Assembly: GCA_008501825.1 (NCBI GenBank) | Contig: QQUA01000023.1 | Coordinates: forward strand, 397,994 to 461,993 | Length of the DNA stretch: 64,000 nucleotides | Reading direction: 5' to 3' | Origin: Planctomycetota bacterium | Lineage (GTDB): Bacteria > Planctomycetota > UBA1135 | Shown here: piece by piece, positions 20,245 through 29,312 of the stretch | How positions within the stretch are numbered: the first letter of the stretch is position 1 | Layout: each line of letters starts with the position of its first letter | Notes under the pieces: generated by a model | Told to the model about the DNA's origin: nothing | The model's input: the letters and a program-made list of their open reading frames with translations, nothing else | Database searches by the model: none | Translations under genes and position numbers: made by a program

Positions 20245-21357
20245 ATGTCCCGTACCCTGCTTGCTGCTGCTGCAGTTCTGACTTTGTCGGCCTCCGTCGC
20301 CGCTCAAACTCAGGTTCCGGTCTCCAAGGCTGTCACTCCTAAGCACGCTGGCGTCTACAAGATGGCCACCGGTGAGCTCGTTCCCGCCACTCCTGGCGAG
20401 CGCAGCGGCCCCGTTGTCATCTTTAACGCCTCTGAGCTGACTAACTACTACAGCGTGCCTGGTCTCGACCAGGAGTGGCTGGATGAAGGTTCCCTGCTGG
20501 ACCGCAACCCCGGCAACGTTGAGCAAATGAACGGCATGGAGTTCGTTTACTGCTCGACCGAAGCCGACGCGACCCAGAACAGTGGTACCGTCACCTTCGC
20601 CTTCTACGATGACACCATCGTCTGCTCCGGACCCTCCAATGGCGGTAACTTCGCCTTGGGTGGCTACCTCTGCGCCTACGACATCGTCGGCCTGCCTCTC
20701 GGTGACGCCAACGGCGCCATCCAGTGCTGGATCGTCACTGTCGACCTGATGTGCGGATTTGAATGCCCGCCCGACCTGAGCTTCGATTGGGCCACGGACA
20801 ACGCCAACACCAAGCTGTTCGGCTGGTCCTTCATTCCTCGTAACGACAACACCGGCCCCTGGTTGACCAAGGGCGGTACCCAAGCCTCCGGCATCGACAA
20901 CAGCTTCGTCTGGTTCGACCAGTTCGGCGCCTTGGTCGGCTGCTTCTGGTTCGGTGGTACCCCGTTCGCCAACTTCGCCATGAAGATGTGGGGTAACGAC
21001 GCTGGTGTCCGTCACTACAACGCCGTCGCCCCCGGTGCTGCTGATGACTACTGCATGAGCATGCTCGACGCCGGCGCTGGCAACTACACCTTCGACATCA
21101 CGGACGCCGCTGGCACCTCCGTGGGTGGCTGGTTGGTCGCCTCCTTGGGCGCTGGTGAACTCCCCGTGGCTGGCGGCCACCTGATGATCGCCCTGCCCAA
21201 CCTGCCCCCGACGCCCGTCCCGGTCGCCGCTGGTGGCAGCACCTACGCCGTTCCGGCTGGTACCTTCTACCTGCAAGGCGTCGGCACCGCCAACGGTGGT
21301 CCGCCCTCCGCTGGTAACCTGCCGAACCACTGGTCCAACGGCATCCAGAAGAACTGA
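20245..21357 (+). CDS. Secreted Cys-rich protein, unknown family (paralogue B, 370 aa)
   Basis: Signal peptide MSRTLLAAAAVLTLSASVAA|QTQ. Same length as paralogue A and colinear with it. Differences cluster in the signal peptide and the last ~100 aa. Confidence 0.75.
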   Translation: MSRTLLAAAAVLTLSASVAAQTQVPVSKAVTPKHAGVYKMATGELVPATPGERSGPVVIFNASELTNYYSVPGLDQEWLDEGSLLDRNPGNVEQMNGMEFVYCSTEADATQNSGTVTFAFYDDTIVCSGPSNGGNFALGGYLCAYDIVGLPLGDANGAIQCWIVTVDLMCGFECPPDLSFDWATDNANTKLFGWSFIPRNDNTGPWLTKGGTQASGIDNSFVWFDQFGALVGCFWFGGTPFANFAMKMWGNDAGVRHYNAVAPGAADDYCMSMLDAGAGNYTFDITDAAGTSVGGWLVASLGAGELPVAGGHLMIALPNLPPTPVPVAAGGSTYAVPAGTFYLQGVGTANGGPPSAGNLPNHWSNGIQKN

Positions 21358-21420
21358 TCTCGGTTAGTTCCTCCGGGAGCTCGCTCCCGACTCGACACCC
21401 CACCTTCTCGGTGGGGTGTC
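20332..21420 (+). repeat. Tandem duplication unit, copy 2
   Basis: Colinear with 18635-19723. The sequence from the stop codon to the terminator (TGATCTCGGTTAGTTCCTCCGGGAGCTCGCTCCCGACTCGACACCCCACC) is identical in both copies. Confidence 0.85.
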
Positions 21421-21426
21421 TTTTTT
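21394..21426 (+). terminator. Rho-independent terminator
   Basis: Same 11-bp stem as at 19697 (GACACCCCACC / GGTGGGGTGTC), loop TTCTC, followed by TTTTTT. Confidence 0.85.
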
Positions 21427-21605
21427 CATTCTTGGAAGCCATTTCGAAACCCGAGACCCAAAGCGACCGGATGAGGAAGGACCCCGGCTTCAGCCGGCAC
21501 CCGAGGCAAAAATCGCCCTGAATAAGAACTTCCGGGAACTCCATCCACAGAAAGAAGGTCAAAAAAGGGGTGAGAACCGAATTCAATCCAGGCAACCCTA
21601 AGAGC

Positions 21606-21632
21606 TTGCAGTTTGGTTCCCCCTGCTAGAAT
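21606..21632 (+). promoter_or_regulatory. Candidate sigma70-type promoter for the ACP/KS/rSAM cluster
   Basis: TTGCAG (21606-21611), 15-nt spacer, then an extended -10 TGcTAGAAT (21624-21632), about 100 nt upstream of the ACP ATG. This is a pattern match only. Confidence 0.25.
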
Positions 21633-21736
21633 CGAGTTGAGTCGAGGGACCGCCCTAGGCCGACCGGCCCCCCCGCCGACTCGCTTCGTCATCCTTCCCA
21701 AGCGAACAACCCCGACCCATAACCCAACCACGCTTT

Positions 21737-21991
21737 ATGAGCGAACTCGAAAAACAAGTGACGGCTTTGGTCGCCGAGATCTTCGAAATGGAAGACAGCG
21801 AATTGTGGGAGAAGCGTTCCCAACACTTCGTCGAAGATCTCGGGATCGATTCCATGCTGGCCCTGGAAGTTTTGGCGAGCTTAGAGCGGACCTTTCGTAT
21901 TGAAATCCCGGAAGAAAGCGTGCTGGAGATGACTTCCCTGGATTCCACCATCGGCCTGGTAAAGGCCAAGGTGGAACAAGCCGCAGCCTAA
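21737..21991 (+). CDS. Acyl carrier protein (cluster-specific)
   Basis: 84 aa. DLGIDSMLALEVLASLE matches the ACP phosphopantetheine-attachment motif (D-S-L/M). Confidence 0.9.
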   Translation: MSELEKQVTALVAEIFEMEDSELWEKRSQHFVEDLGIDSMLALEVLASLERTFRIEIPEESVLEMTSLDSTIGLVKAKVEQAAA

Positions 21992-22003
21992 GCGAGATTC
22001 CCT

Positions 22004-22528
22004 TTGTACCTCGGCTTCGAGGAAGTCCGGCGCCTGTTACCCCAGGCGCCGCCGTTTCTGTTCATCGACCAGGTTCTTGAATTTGAACCTGGAGTACGCA
22101 TTCTCTGTAAGAAAAACGTAAGTGGTGGCGAACCCTTTTTCGCCGGCCACTTTCCGGAAGCTGCCGTGTTCCCCGGCGTGCTTTTAACCGAAGCAATGGC
22201 CCAAGCGGCCATCCTTTTGCTTCGACTAAGCGAAGATCCCGGGGCAGGCTCGGCTTCGGATCAGGGCGGTCCTCCCGAGAGGATGTTCATGATCGGCACG
22301 CAGCGAAATCGTTTTCTGCATCCAGTGTTTCCGGGCGATTCCTTGTTCTTGACCGTCGAGGCCGACAAGATCCTTCGCGAAGCGGCCATGGTCAGTGCAA
22401 AAGCCGAAGTCGATGACAAAGAAGTAGCCCGTTCCTCCATGACTCTTTCCGCTATGACTTGGGAACGCTTTCAAGCCATTCGCTTGCAAACCACCGCCGG
22501 CCAATCTTCAGCCGAGCATTCCTCATGA
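22004..22528 (+). CDS. FabZ/FabA-like 3-hydroxyacyl-ACP dehydratase (hot-dog fold)
   Basis: LLPQAPPFLFIDQV and FAGHFPEAAVFPGVLLTEAMAQAA match the FabZ consensus (LLPHRYPFLLVDRV ... GHFP..P.MPGVL..EAMAQ). TTG start at 22004. Confidence 0.85.
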   Translation: MYLGFEEVRRLLPQAPPFLFIDQVLEFEPGVRILCKKNVSGGEPFFAGHFPEAAVFPGVLLTEAMAQAAILLLRLSEDPGAGSASDQGGPPERMFMIGTQRNRFLHPVFPGDSLFLTVEADKILREAAMVSAKAEVDDKEVARSSMTLSAMTWERFQAIRLQTTAGQSSAEHSS

Positions 22529-23724
22529 GCGATCGACGCGTAGTGGTCACCGGTTTAGGCCCGGTCAGCCCTTTGGGTTGCGGCAAGGAAACCTTCTGGA
22601 ACGCCATCCTGGAAGGAAAGGACGGCTCTTGCAACGTTCAGCGTTTCGACACTTCGCAGTACAAGGTGCATCGCGCTTGCGAGGTTCAAGGCTACGTAGC
22701 TCCCAAGCTCCCGGGAGACCCGGGACCGGCTGCGGCCTTGGCCGTGGAAGCCGCCCGGTTGGCCTTGGAAGACGCGAATTTCGCCGAAATTCCGCAACAA
22801 AGCGGGGTGGTAATGGGAACCACCGGCGGCGAAATTCCCATTTTGGAGCACATTCACCGCCAGCAAGCGGAGCAAGGCGAAGACCAGGTTCCCCGGCGCC
22901 AATTTCCCAAATACCCCTGCCACACCATTACGGCTCAAGTCGCCCGATACTTCGGATTGAAAGGCCCGAACTTGATGGTGCCCACCGCTTGTGCCGCCGG
23001 CAACTATGCCTTTGCCATGGCCAAGGATTGGATTCAAGAAGGCCGTTGCGACGTGGTCTTAGCCGGCGGCGCCGATCCCCTATCGATCGTCTCCTTTACC
23101 GGCTTCAGCCGCCTGTTCGCCATTTCCCCCGACGTCCCGCGGCCCTTCGACAAGAACCGCAAAGGCATCCTTCCGGGAGAAGGCGCTGGCATCTTGGTTC
23201 TGGAAGCTTATGAATCAGCGCAAAAACGCGGCGCTCACATCTACGCCGAAATGGTGGGCTACGGTTTGAGCTGCGATGCTTATCACCCCACCATGCCTCA
23301 TCCGGAAAGCATGGGCGTTCGCCTGGCCATGGAACGAGCCTTGGCCGATGCCGGACTCACTCCCGCGGACGTGGATTACATCAGTGCCCACGGAACCGGC
23401 ACCCAGGCAAACGATAAGTTGGAAACTGCCGCGATTCGAGCGGTGATGCAAGACCAAGCGGAACGAGTTCCGGTTAGCTCGGTGAAGAGCATGATGGGCC
23501 ACACCATGGGTGCAGCTTCTGCTTTGGAAGGCATCGTATGTTCCATGGCCATTCAAAGCGACATGATCCCACCGACCATTCACTATGAAACTCCCGACCC
23601 CGATTGCGATTTGGATTACGTCCCCAACCAGGCCCGCCAGCACCCGGTGGGAGTCGCTTTGAACAACGCCTACGCTTTCGGCGGTAACAACAGTTGCGTG
23701 GTTTTTGCACGCCACCCACGATGA
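22525..23724 (+). CDS. Beta-ketoacyl-ACP synthase (FabF-like KS), catalytically intact
   Basis: ATG at 22525 overlaps the FabZ-like stop (ATGA). Start is MSDRRVVVTGLGPVSPLG. The Cys-His-His triad motifs are PTACAAGNYA, SAHGTGTQAND and KSMMGHTMGAAS. Confidence 0.9.
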   Translation: MSDRRVVVTGLGPVSPLGCGKETFWNAILEGKDGSCNVQRFDTSQYKVHRACEVQGYVAPKLPGDPGPAAALAVEAARLALEDANFAEIPQQSGVVMGTTGGEIPILEHIHRQQAEQGEDQVPRRQFPKYPCHTITAQVARYFGLKGPNLMVPTACAAGNYAFAMAKDWIQEGRCDVVLAGGADPLSIVSFTGFSRLFAISPDVPRPFDKNRKGILPGEGAGILVLEAYESAQKRGAHIYAEMVGYGLSCDAYHPTMPHPESMGVRLAMERALADAGLTPADVDYISAHGTGTQANDKLETAAIRAVMQDQAERVPVSSVKSMMGHTMGAASALEGIVCSMAIQSDMIPPTIHYETPDPDCDLDYVPNQARQHPVGVALNNAYAFGGNNSCVVFARHPR

Positions 23725-24881
23725 GCCAAAGCCACGCTCCGGTCGTCATTACGGCAACTTCCGCTTTGACCCCGTTCGGATGCGGCGGCGAGGATTTCTG
23801 GCTTGGAATCACTCAAGCCACCCATTCGCCCAGCGAAAAGGAAGTCCCTGCCCTGGACGTCAAGGCCTTGTTAGGCCCTCGTGGCTTGCGCCACTGGGAC
23901 CGAACCGCATTGTTACTTGGCTGCGCCGCCCGTTTGGCCATGAACGAAGGCGATTGGGAACAAGCCGGCTATCAACCGGATGAAGCCGGAGTGGTGTTCG
24001 GCTCCACTCATGGCTCCATCGAAGCCATCGTTTCCTTCGATAAAGAAGCCGTGGCGGAAGGTCCTCGCTACGTCAACCCGCAAGCTTTCGCCAATACCGT
24101 GATCAATGCACCGGCCGGACGCTTGGCCATGCATTTTGATCTTCCCGGTTTGAACACCACGGTTTCTTCAGGATTGAGCTCGGTCTTGGACGCGATCGGT
24201 TACGCCGAAGGCATGATTCGGCGGGGCCGCATTCAAGCCGTCTTGTGTGGCGGGGCTTTGGGATGGAGTCCGGCCATCGCCTGGGGTTATGAACGGAATC
24301 AACGCCTGGCCGTAAACGGTCAACCCTCGCCGCCGTTTGACGCCGCCGGCGAAGGCGGCTCGCTTCGAGAAGGCGCCGGCGTCTTGTTGTTGGAATGCCC
24401 GGAACGAGCCGCCGCCAGAAATCGCCAACCCCTGGCCAAAATCACCGGAAGCGGTGCCTGTTTCGAACCGGATGTTTCGTCCCCTTCCTTTTCCGGGCCG
24501 GAATCCGCCATTCGCTTCGCCTTGAAACAAGCCGGGCGCGAAGCCGATGAACTCGCCGCCGTCGTGAGCTGCGCCCGCGGCCTGGCGTTGACCGACGAAG
24601 TGGAATTCAAAGCCTTGGCCAATTTGGTTCCCGAAACCGTCCCGATCACCGCTCCGGCCGGAGCCTGCGGAGATTCCCTGGAAACCGTAGGCGCCCTGGC
24701 CATGATCACGGCAGTGGAAATGCTGACCCACGGCCAAATCCCCAAGATCGCCGGCGGCCGCCCTCGCCCCGGCCTGAATCTGGTTTTGGAACAAACGCAG
24801 AGTTTCGCCCCCGGTCCCGTTTTAGTCAGCAGTTGGGATCCGGAAGGCCACGGAGCCGCCGTGATCCTCGAACCGGGTTAA
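23721..24881 (+). CDS. KS-like protein lacking the catalytic triad (chain-length-factor-like partner)
   Basis: ATGA overlap at 23721. The fold is KS-like, but the active-site Cys position reads TTVSSGLSSV (Ser). The two His motifs are replaced (SCARGLA, PAGACGDSLETVG). Confidence 0.75.
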   Translation: MSQSHAPVVITATSALTPFGCGGEDFWLGITQATHSPSEKEVPALDVKALLGPRGLRHWDRTALLLGCAARLAMNEGDWEQAGYQPDEAGVVFGSTHGSIEAIVSFDKEAVAEGPRYVNPQAFANTVINAPAGRLAMHFDLPGLNTTVSSGLSSVLDAIGYAEGMIRRGRIQAVLCGGALGWSPAIAWGYERNQRLAVNGQPSPPFDAAGEGGSLREGAGVLLLECPERAAARNRQPLAKITGSGACFEPDVSSPSFSGPESAIRFALKQAGREADELAAVVSCARGLALTDEVEFKALANLVPETVPITAPAGACGDSLETVGALAMITAVEMLTHGQIPKIAGGRPRPGLNLVLEQTQSFAPGPVLVSSWDPEGHGAAVILEPG

Positions 24882-24930
24882 ACCGGTTTGAACCAGCCCG
24901 CCGTCCCTGCGGGCTTCCCCTTGTCCTTTC

Positions 24931-26403
24931 ATGATCTCGATCCCTAAAACCGAACTCCGCCGCCAATACGACGCCGTCATCATCGGCGCCGGCGTCGGAG
25001 GTCTGGTTTGTGCCGGTTTCCTGGTCCGCGCCGGCCTCAGCGTTTTGGTTTTGGATCAACACTATTTACCTGGGGGATGCTGCACCGCCTTTCCCAGGAA
25101 GGGAAAACGATATTTGTTCGACGCCGCGGTTCATCACATTGGAGCCTGCGGCAAGTTCGGAACGGTCGGCCGGATTGTGAAAGCCTTTGATCTAGGCATT
25201 CGCTTCCAACGACTGGATCCGATGGATCACCTAGTTTTCAGCGAGGACCGGGAATACACCATTCCGTCCGACTGGGAAGCCTGGAAAAATCAGCTTTGCC
25301 TGAGTTTCCCCGATCAGCGGGAAGGAATCGAACGCCTGTTTCGCGATCTACAACGGTTCCATCGCCAAATGTTGAAAGGAAGCGGACCTTTGTTGGACCA
25401 ATACCGGCGCACCACCTATCAAAGCTTCCTCCAGGACTACGTGGAAGACCCGGAATTGCTGCGCTGCTTGAGCGGCCAATGGGGTTATTTGGGCTTGCCC
25501 GCCGAACGCATCGCCGCAACCGGCATGGTGCAAATGCTGGTGAGTTATTGGCGCGAAGGTGCTTGGTATCCCCAAGGAAGTACGCAGAATTTTTCCAATG
25601 CTTTGGCTCATTCCCTGCTTGCCGCCGGCGGACATCTGCTGTTGAAACATCGAGTCGATGAAGTTTTGTTTGAAGAAAACGGCGACACAGCCTGCCACCG
25701 GGCCATCGGCATCCGCACCGAACACGGAGACGTCGTCCGCGCCAAAGTGGTGATCCACAACGGTGACGCCCGGCGCCTGTTCGAAGAATTGCTGCCGCAA
25801 CAAGCCGCGCCCAGAGAACACCAGGCTTGTCAAAAGCTGCAAGCGGCCACTCCCTATTTCGGTTTGTACATGGCTTTGGATGCCGGCTGCGATTTAAGCC
25901 GCCTCCCCCGCGGATTCTATTTCCCCAGTCGCTCGGAAATTTCCGACCTTGAAGGCGGTGCCAGCTTGGATTGGATGTATTTGTCCATCGGCACTCGATA
26001 CGACCCCGACATCGCCCCGCAGGGCGATCAGATCTTCTCCTCCACCGTAGCGGTCCGACCCGATTCGCCAAGCTTCGATGCCTGGCAACAGGACAAGAGC
26101 GGCATGGTGAAGGCAGTGATCGCTTATCTGGAAAACCGGGTGCCTGAATTGCAGCAGCACCTTCAGTTCGTGGACAGCGCCACTCCCAAAACCGTGGCCC
26201 GATTCACCATGTCCAAGGACGGCGCCGCTTACGGCTGGGCCGTCTCTCCCGATCAAGCCGCCGAGGATCGCCTCGGCCCCGAAACTTCCCTGGCCGGACT
26301 TTATCTCACCGGTCATTGGACCTCTCCCGGTCCAGGTGTTGCCGCCGTAGCCGCTTCCGGCTGGTCGGTGGCACATCGCATTCTCCAAAACCAAAACTCA
26401 TGA
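24931..26403 (+). CDS. FAD-dependent oxidoreductase, phytoene-desaturase (CrtI)-like
   Basis: Dinucleotide-binding start YDAVIIGAGVGGLVCAGFLVRAGLSVLVLDQHYLPGGC. It is ~490 aa, with a C-terminal GLYLTGHWTSPGPGV typical of CrtI/amine-oxidase-type flavoproteins. Confidence 0.8.
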   Translation: MISIPKTELRRQYDAVIIGAGVGGLVCAGFLVRAGLSVLVLDQHYLPGGCCTAFPRKGKRYLFDAAVHHIGACGKFGTVGRIVKAFDLGIRFQRLDPMDHLVFSEDREYTIPSDWEAWKNQLCLSFPDQREGIERLFRDLQRFHRQMLKGSGPLLDQYRRTTYQSFLQDYVEDPELLRCLSGQWGYLGLPAERIAATGMVQMLVSYWREGAWYPQGSTQNFSNALAHSLLAAGGHLLLKHRVDEVLFEENGDTACHRAIGIRTEHGDVVRAKVVIHNGDARRLFEELLPQQAAPREHQACQKLQAATPYFGLYMALDAGCDLSRLPRGFYFPSRSEISDLEGGASLDWMYLSIGTRYDPDIAPQGDQIFSSTVAVRPDSPSFDAWQQDKSGMVKAVIAYLENRVPELQQHLQFVDSATPKTVARFTMSKDGAAYGWAVSPDQAAEDRLGPETSLAGLYLTGHWTSPGPGVAAVAASGWSVAHRILQNQNS

Positions 26404-27833
26404 AGAAGAAACTCGTACTAATCAATCCCCATGTGGAGGGGCGCCGAGGCGAGGAAGACATTCGCGTCATCGTGCAGATGCCGTTGAACCTGGCCTACCT
26501 CGCCGCCCACACACCGAGCGAGGAATGGGACATCGACCTGATCGATGAAACCCTTGAAGACGCCCTCGATGAAAACGGCAAGCTGAAGTTCCAAGCCGAT
26601 TTGGTCGGCTTGACCGGATTGACCTACCAAGCCCCCAGGGCATACGAAATCGCCCTGGCCTGCCGCAAAGCCGGCGTCCCCACCGTGTTCGGTGGAACCC
26701 ACGCCATCACCTGCACCGAGGAAGCCACTCAGTACATGGATGCCGTGGTCATCGGCGAAGCGGAATTGATCTGGAAAGACCTGCTGGCGGATTTCCACAA
26801 GGGAGAGCTGAAGAAAATTTACGACGGCGGCTTCCCCGATTTATCCACCCTCAAAACCTGGCCCAATCGGGACTTGTTCAAGGACAAGTACGATTACAAA
26901 TATTCCTCCATCGTCACCACTAAAGGATGTCCTTGGCGCTGCGAATTTTGCAGCGTTCCGATGAGCCAGGGGAATGCTTATCGGGAAAGAGACGTCGACG
27001 ACGTGATCGACGAAATGGAAGCCACCGACTTCCGCGGCTTGATGTTCGCAGAAGATAATTTTTACGGCTACAAGCCCGATTCCAACGCCCGGGCGCGCAA
27101 ATTATTCCAGCGCATGAACGAACGCGGCGTGTTCAAGGATTGGTTCGGTTTCACCCAATTCAGCACCGGGCAAGATCCGGTGGCCTTGCGCGCCATGTCC
27201 GATTCGGGTTGTCTAGGATTCCTGATCGGCCTGGAATCCACCGATGAGCAGGTGCTGCGCAAAATGCGCAAAGGTTCGAATCTAAAGACCGGAATCGCCA
27301 ATTACACCAAGTGCATCGACAACATCCACGACAACGGCATGATCGTGTGGGCTTCGGTGATCTGGGGAGCGGACTTTCAAACCAAGGACGCTTTCTACTC
27401 CATGACCGATTTCATTCTTGAAAATTCGATCGACGTGCTTACCTACGGGATCCATTGCCCCTTCCCGGGTACGCCGCTGTTCAAGCGCATGGAGAAAGAA
27501 AACCGCCTGCTGCGGACCGACTTCCCCCAAGATTGGGAATACTACGACACCGCTCACGTCACCCACACGCTCAGCCACATGACCTTGGATGACTTCATTG
27601 AAGGTATGCAGTACCTTTATGACAACGTCTACGGCCAGGAAAACCTGAAGAAACGGTTCATCGAAACCTTGAAGCGCAACGGCAGTCGCCGCACCGCCAT
27701 GTTCGCTTACAAAGTCGGCAGCGATTGGGATCAGGTGTTCCGTCAAGTTCTGGACCGCTTGTACGCCTTGCGCGAATCCGGTCACTACGACCGCATCGTT
27801 CGGGACCGGGGCCTGCAGCCCGCTTCCGTCTGA
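26400..27833 (+). CDS. B12-binding-domain radical SAM enzyme (class B), paralogue 1
   Basis: ATG at 26400 overlaps the upstream stop (ATGA). The N-terminal region is B12-binding/Rossmann-like (KLVLINP...LNLAYLAAHTP...DLVGLTGLTYQAPRAYEIALACRKAGVPTVFGGTHA). The CxxxCxxC cluster motif CPWRCEFC lies at 26928-26951. Confidence 0.85.
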   Translation: MKKKLVLINPHVEGRRGEEDIRVIVQMPLNLAYLAAHTPSEEWDIDLIDETLEDALDENGKLKFQADLVGLTGLTYQAPRAYEIALACRKAGVPTVFGGTHAITCTEEATQYMDAVVIGEAELIWKDLLADFHKGELKKIYDGGFPDLSTLKTWPNRDLFKDKYDYKYSSIVTTKGCPWRCEFCSVPMSQGNAYRERDVDDVIDEMEATDFRGLMFAEDNFYGYKPDSNARARKLFQRMNERGVFKDWFGFTQFSTGQDPVALRAMSDSGCLGFLIGLESTDEQVLRKMRKGSNLKTGIANYTKCIDNIHDNGMIVWASVIWGADFQTKDAFYSMTDFILENSIDVLTYGIHCPFPGTPLFKRMEKENRLLRTDFPQDWEYYDTAHVTHTLSHMTLDDFIEGMQYLYDNVYGQENLKKRFIETLKRNGSRRTAMFAYKVGSDWDQVFRQVLDRLYALRESGHYDRIVRDRGLQPASV

Positions 27834-27878
27834 TCCAACGTCGTTCAACCACTCCCCCCCACAACGACTGTGCTGACC

Positions 27879-29312
27879 ATGAAAAAGAAGCTGGTGTTGA
27901 TCAATCCCTACACTCCCGGCCGGAAGGGGGAGGAGTCGATCCGGGTCATCGTGCAGATGCCCCTGAATTTGGCCTATCTGGCGGCCCACACGCCGCGGGA
28001 TCGCTGGGAAATTGACTTAATCGACGAAACGCTGGAAACCGCGCTGGATGAAAACGGCAAGTTGAAATTCGAAGCGAATCTGGTCGGCATCACCGCCCTG
28101 ACCTATCAGGCGTCCCGGGCTTATGAAATCGGTTTGGCGTGCAAGGCCGCCGGCGTGCCGTGCATCATGGGCGGCTCTCACGCCGTCACCAATACCGAGG
28201 AAGCGTTGCAATACGTGGACAGCGTGCTGGTCGGCGAAGCGGACGCCATCTGGCCGGAAATTCTGAAAGACGTCGAACTGAAAAAGTTGAAGCAGCTTTA
28301 TGACGGCGGTTTTCCCGATTTGGGATCGCTTTCGGCGTGGCCGGACCGGGATTTGTTCAAGGATAAATACGCTTATAAATACTCCTCCATCGTCACCACC
28401 AAGGGCTGCCCCTGGCGTTGCGAATTTTGCAGCGTCCCGATGGTGCAGGGAGGAAGTTATCGGGAACGGCCGGTGCATGACGTCCTCGATGAAATGGAAG
28501 GAACCAGCTTCCGCGGCTTGATGTTCGCCGAGGACAATTTCTACGGTTACAAGCCGGAATCCAATGCCAGAGCCCGCCAATTGTTCCGGGGCATGGTCGA
28601 GCGGGGCATCTACAAGGACTGGTTCGGCTTCACTCAATTCAGCACCGGCATGGATACCGACGCCCTGTCCGACATGAGCGACAGCGGCTGCCTGGGCTTT
28701 TTGATCGGCATGGAATCCACCGACGAGCAAGTGCTGCGGAAATTGCGCAAGGGTTCCAATCTCAAAACCGGAGTAGACAACTATCCGGTGGCGATCAAAA
28801 ACATCCACGATCACGGCATGATCGTTTGGGCGTCCATCATCTGGGGAGCGGATTTCCAGACCAAAGACGCGTTTCAAGCTATGGCGGATTACACGTGGGA
28901 GCAATCCCTGGACGTGGTCACTTTCGGAATCCACGCCCCGTTCCCGAACACCGCCCTATTCAAGCGCATGGTCAAGGAAAACCGCATGCTGCGGACCAAC
29001 TTCCCGGAAGATTGGTGGTATTACGACACCGCCCATATCACCCATACCTTCAGCCACATGACTTTGGAAGAATTCATCGAAGGTATGGAAGGGTTTTACC
29101 GGCAGGTTTACGGCCCGGAAAACATCAAAAAACGCTTTATTGAGACCTTGAAGCGCAACGGCAGCCGGCGGACGGCCATGTTCGCCTATAAAGTCAACAG
29201 CGACTGGGATCGAGTCTACCGCCAAGTCCTGGACCACTTGTACCGTTTGCGAGATTCCGGCTTGTACCACGACACCATGAAAGCAAGAGGCTTGGAGGTA
29301 GCCCGAGTTTGA
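27879..29312 (+). CDS. B12-binding-domain radical SAM enzyme (class B), paralogue 2
   Basis: ATG at 27879 (MKKKLVLINPYTPGRKGEE) aligns with the paralogue 1 start. CPWRCEFC lies at 28407-28430, the same residue position (177). The two are colinear and highly similar over their full length. Confidence 0.85.
   Translation: MKKKLVLINPYTPGRKGEESIRVIVQMPLNLAYLAAHTPRDRWEIDLIDETLETALDENGKLKFEANLVGITALTYQASRAYEIGLACKAAGVPCIMGGSHAVTNTEEALQYVDSVLVGEADAIWPEILKDVELKKLKQLYDGGFPDLGSLSAWPDRDLFKDKYAYKYSSIVTTKGCPWRCEFCSVPMVQGGSYRERPVHDVLDEMEGTSFRGLMFAEDNFYGYKPESNARARQLFRGMVERGIYKDWFGFTQFSTGMDTDALSDMSDSGCLGFLIGMESTDEQVLRKLRKGSNLKTGVDNYPVAIKNIHDHGMIVWASIIWGADFQTKDAFQAMADYTWEQSLDVVTFGIHAPFPNTALFKRMVKENRMLRTNFPEDWWYYDTAHITHTFSHMTLEEFIEGMEGFYRQVYGPENIKKRFIETLKRNGSRRTAMFAYKVNSDWDRVYRQVLDHLYRLRDSGLYHDTMKARGLEVARV

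Noticed and set aside
18740-21330. Antisense ORFs 18740..19633 and 20116..21330 opposite the duplicated 370-aa genes, and 33600..34655 opposite the MAM-like paralogue
   Set aside because: Same high-GC mirror effect. The plus-strand genes have signal peptides, terminators and paralogue conservation with synonymous-site divergence in the plus frame.
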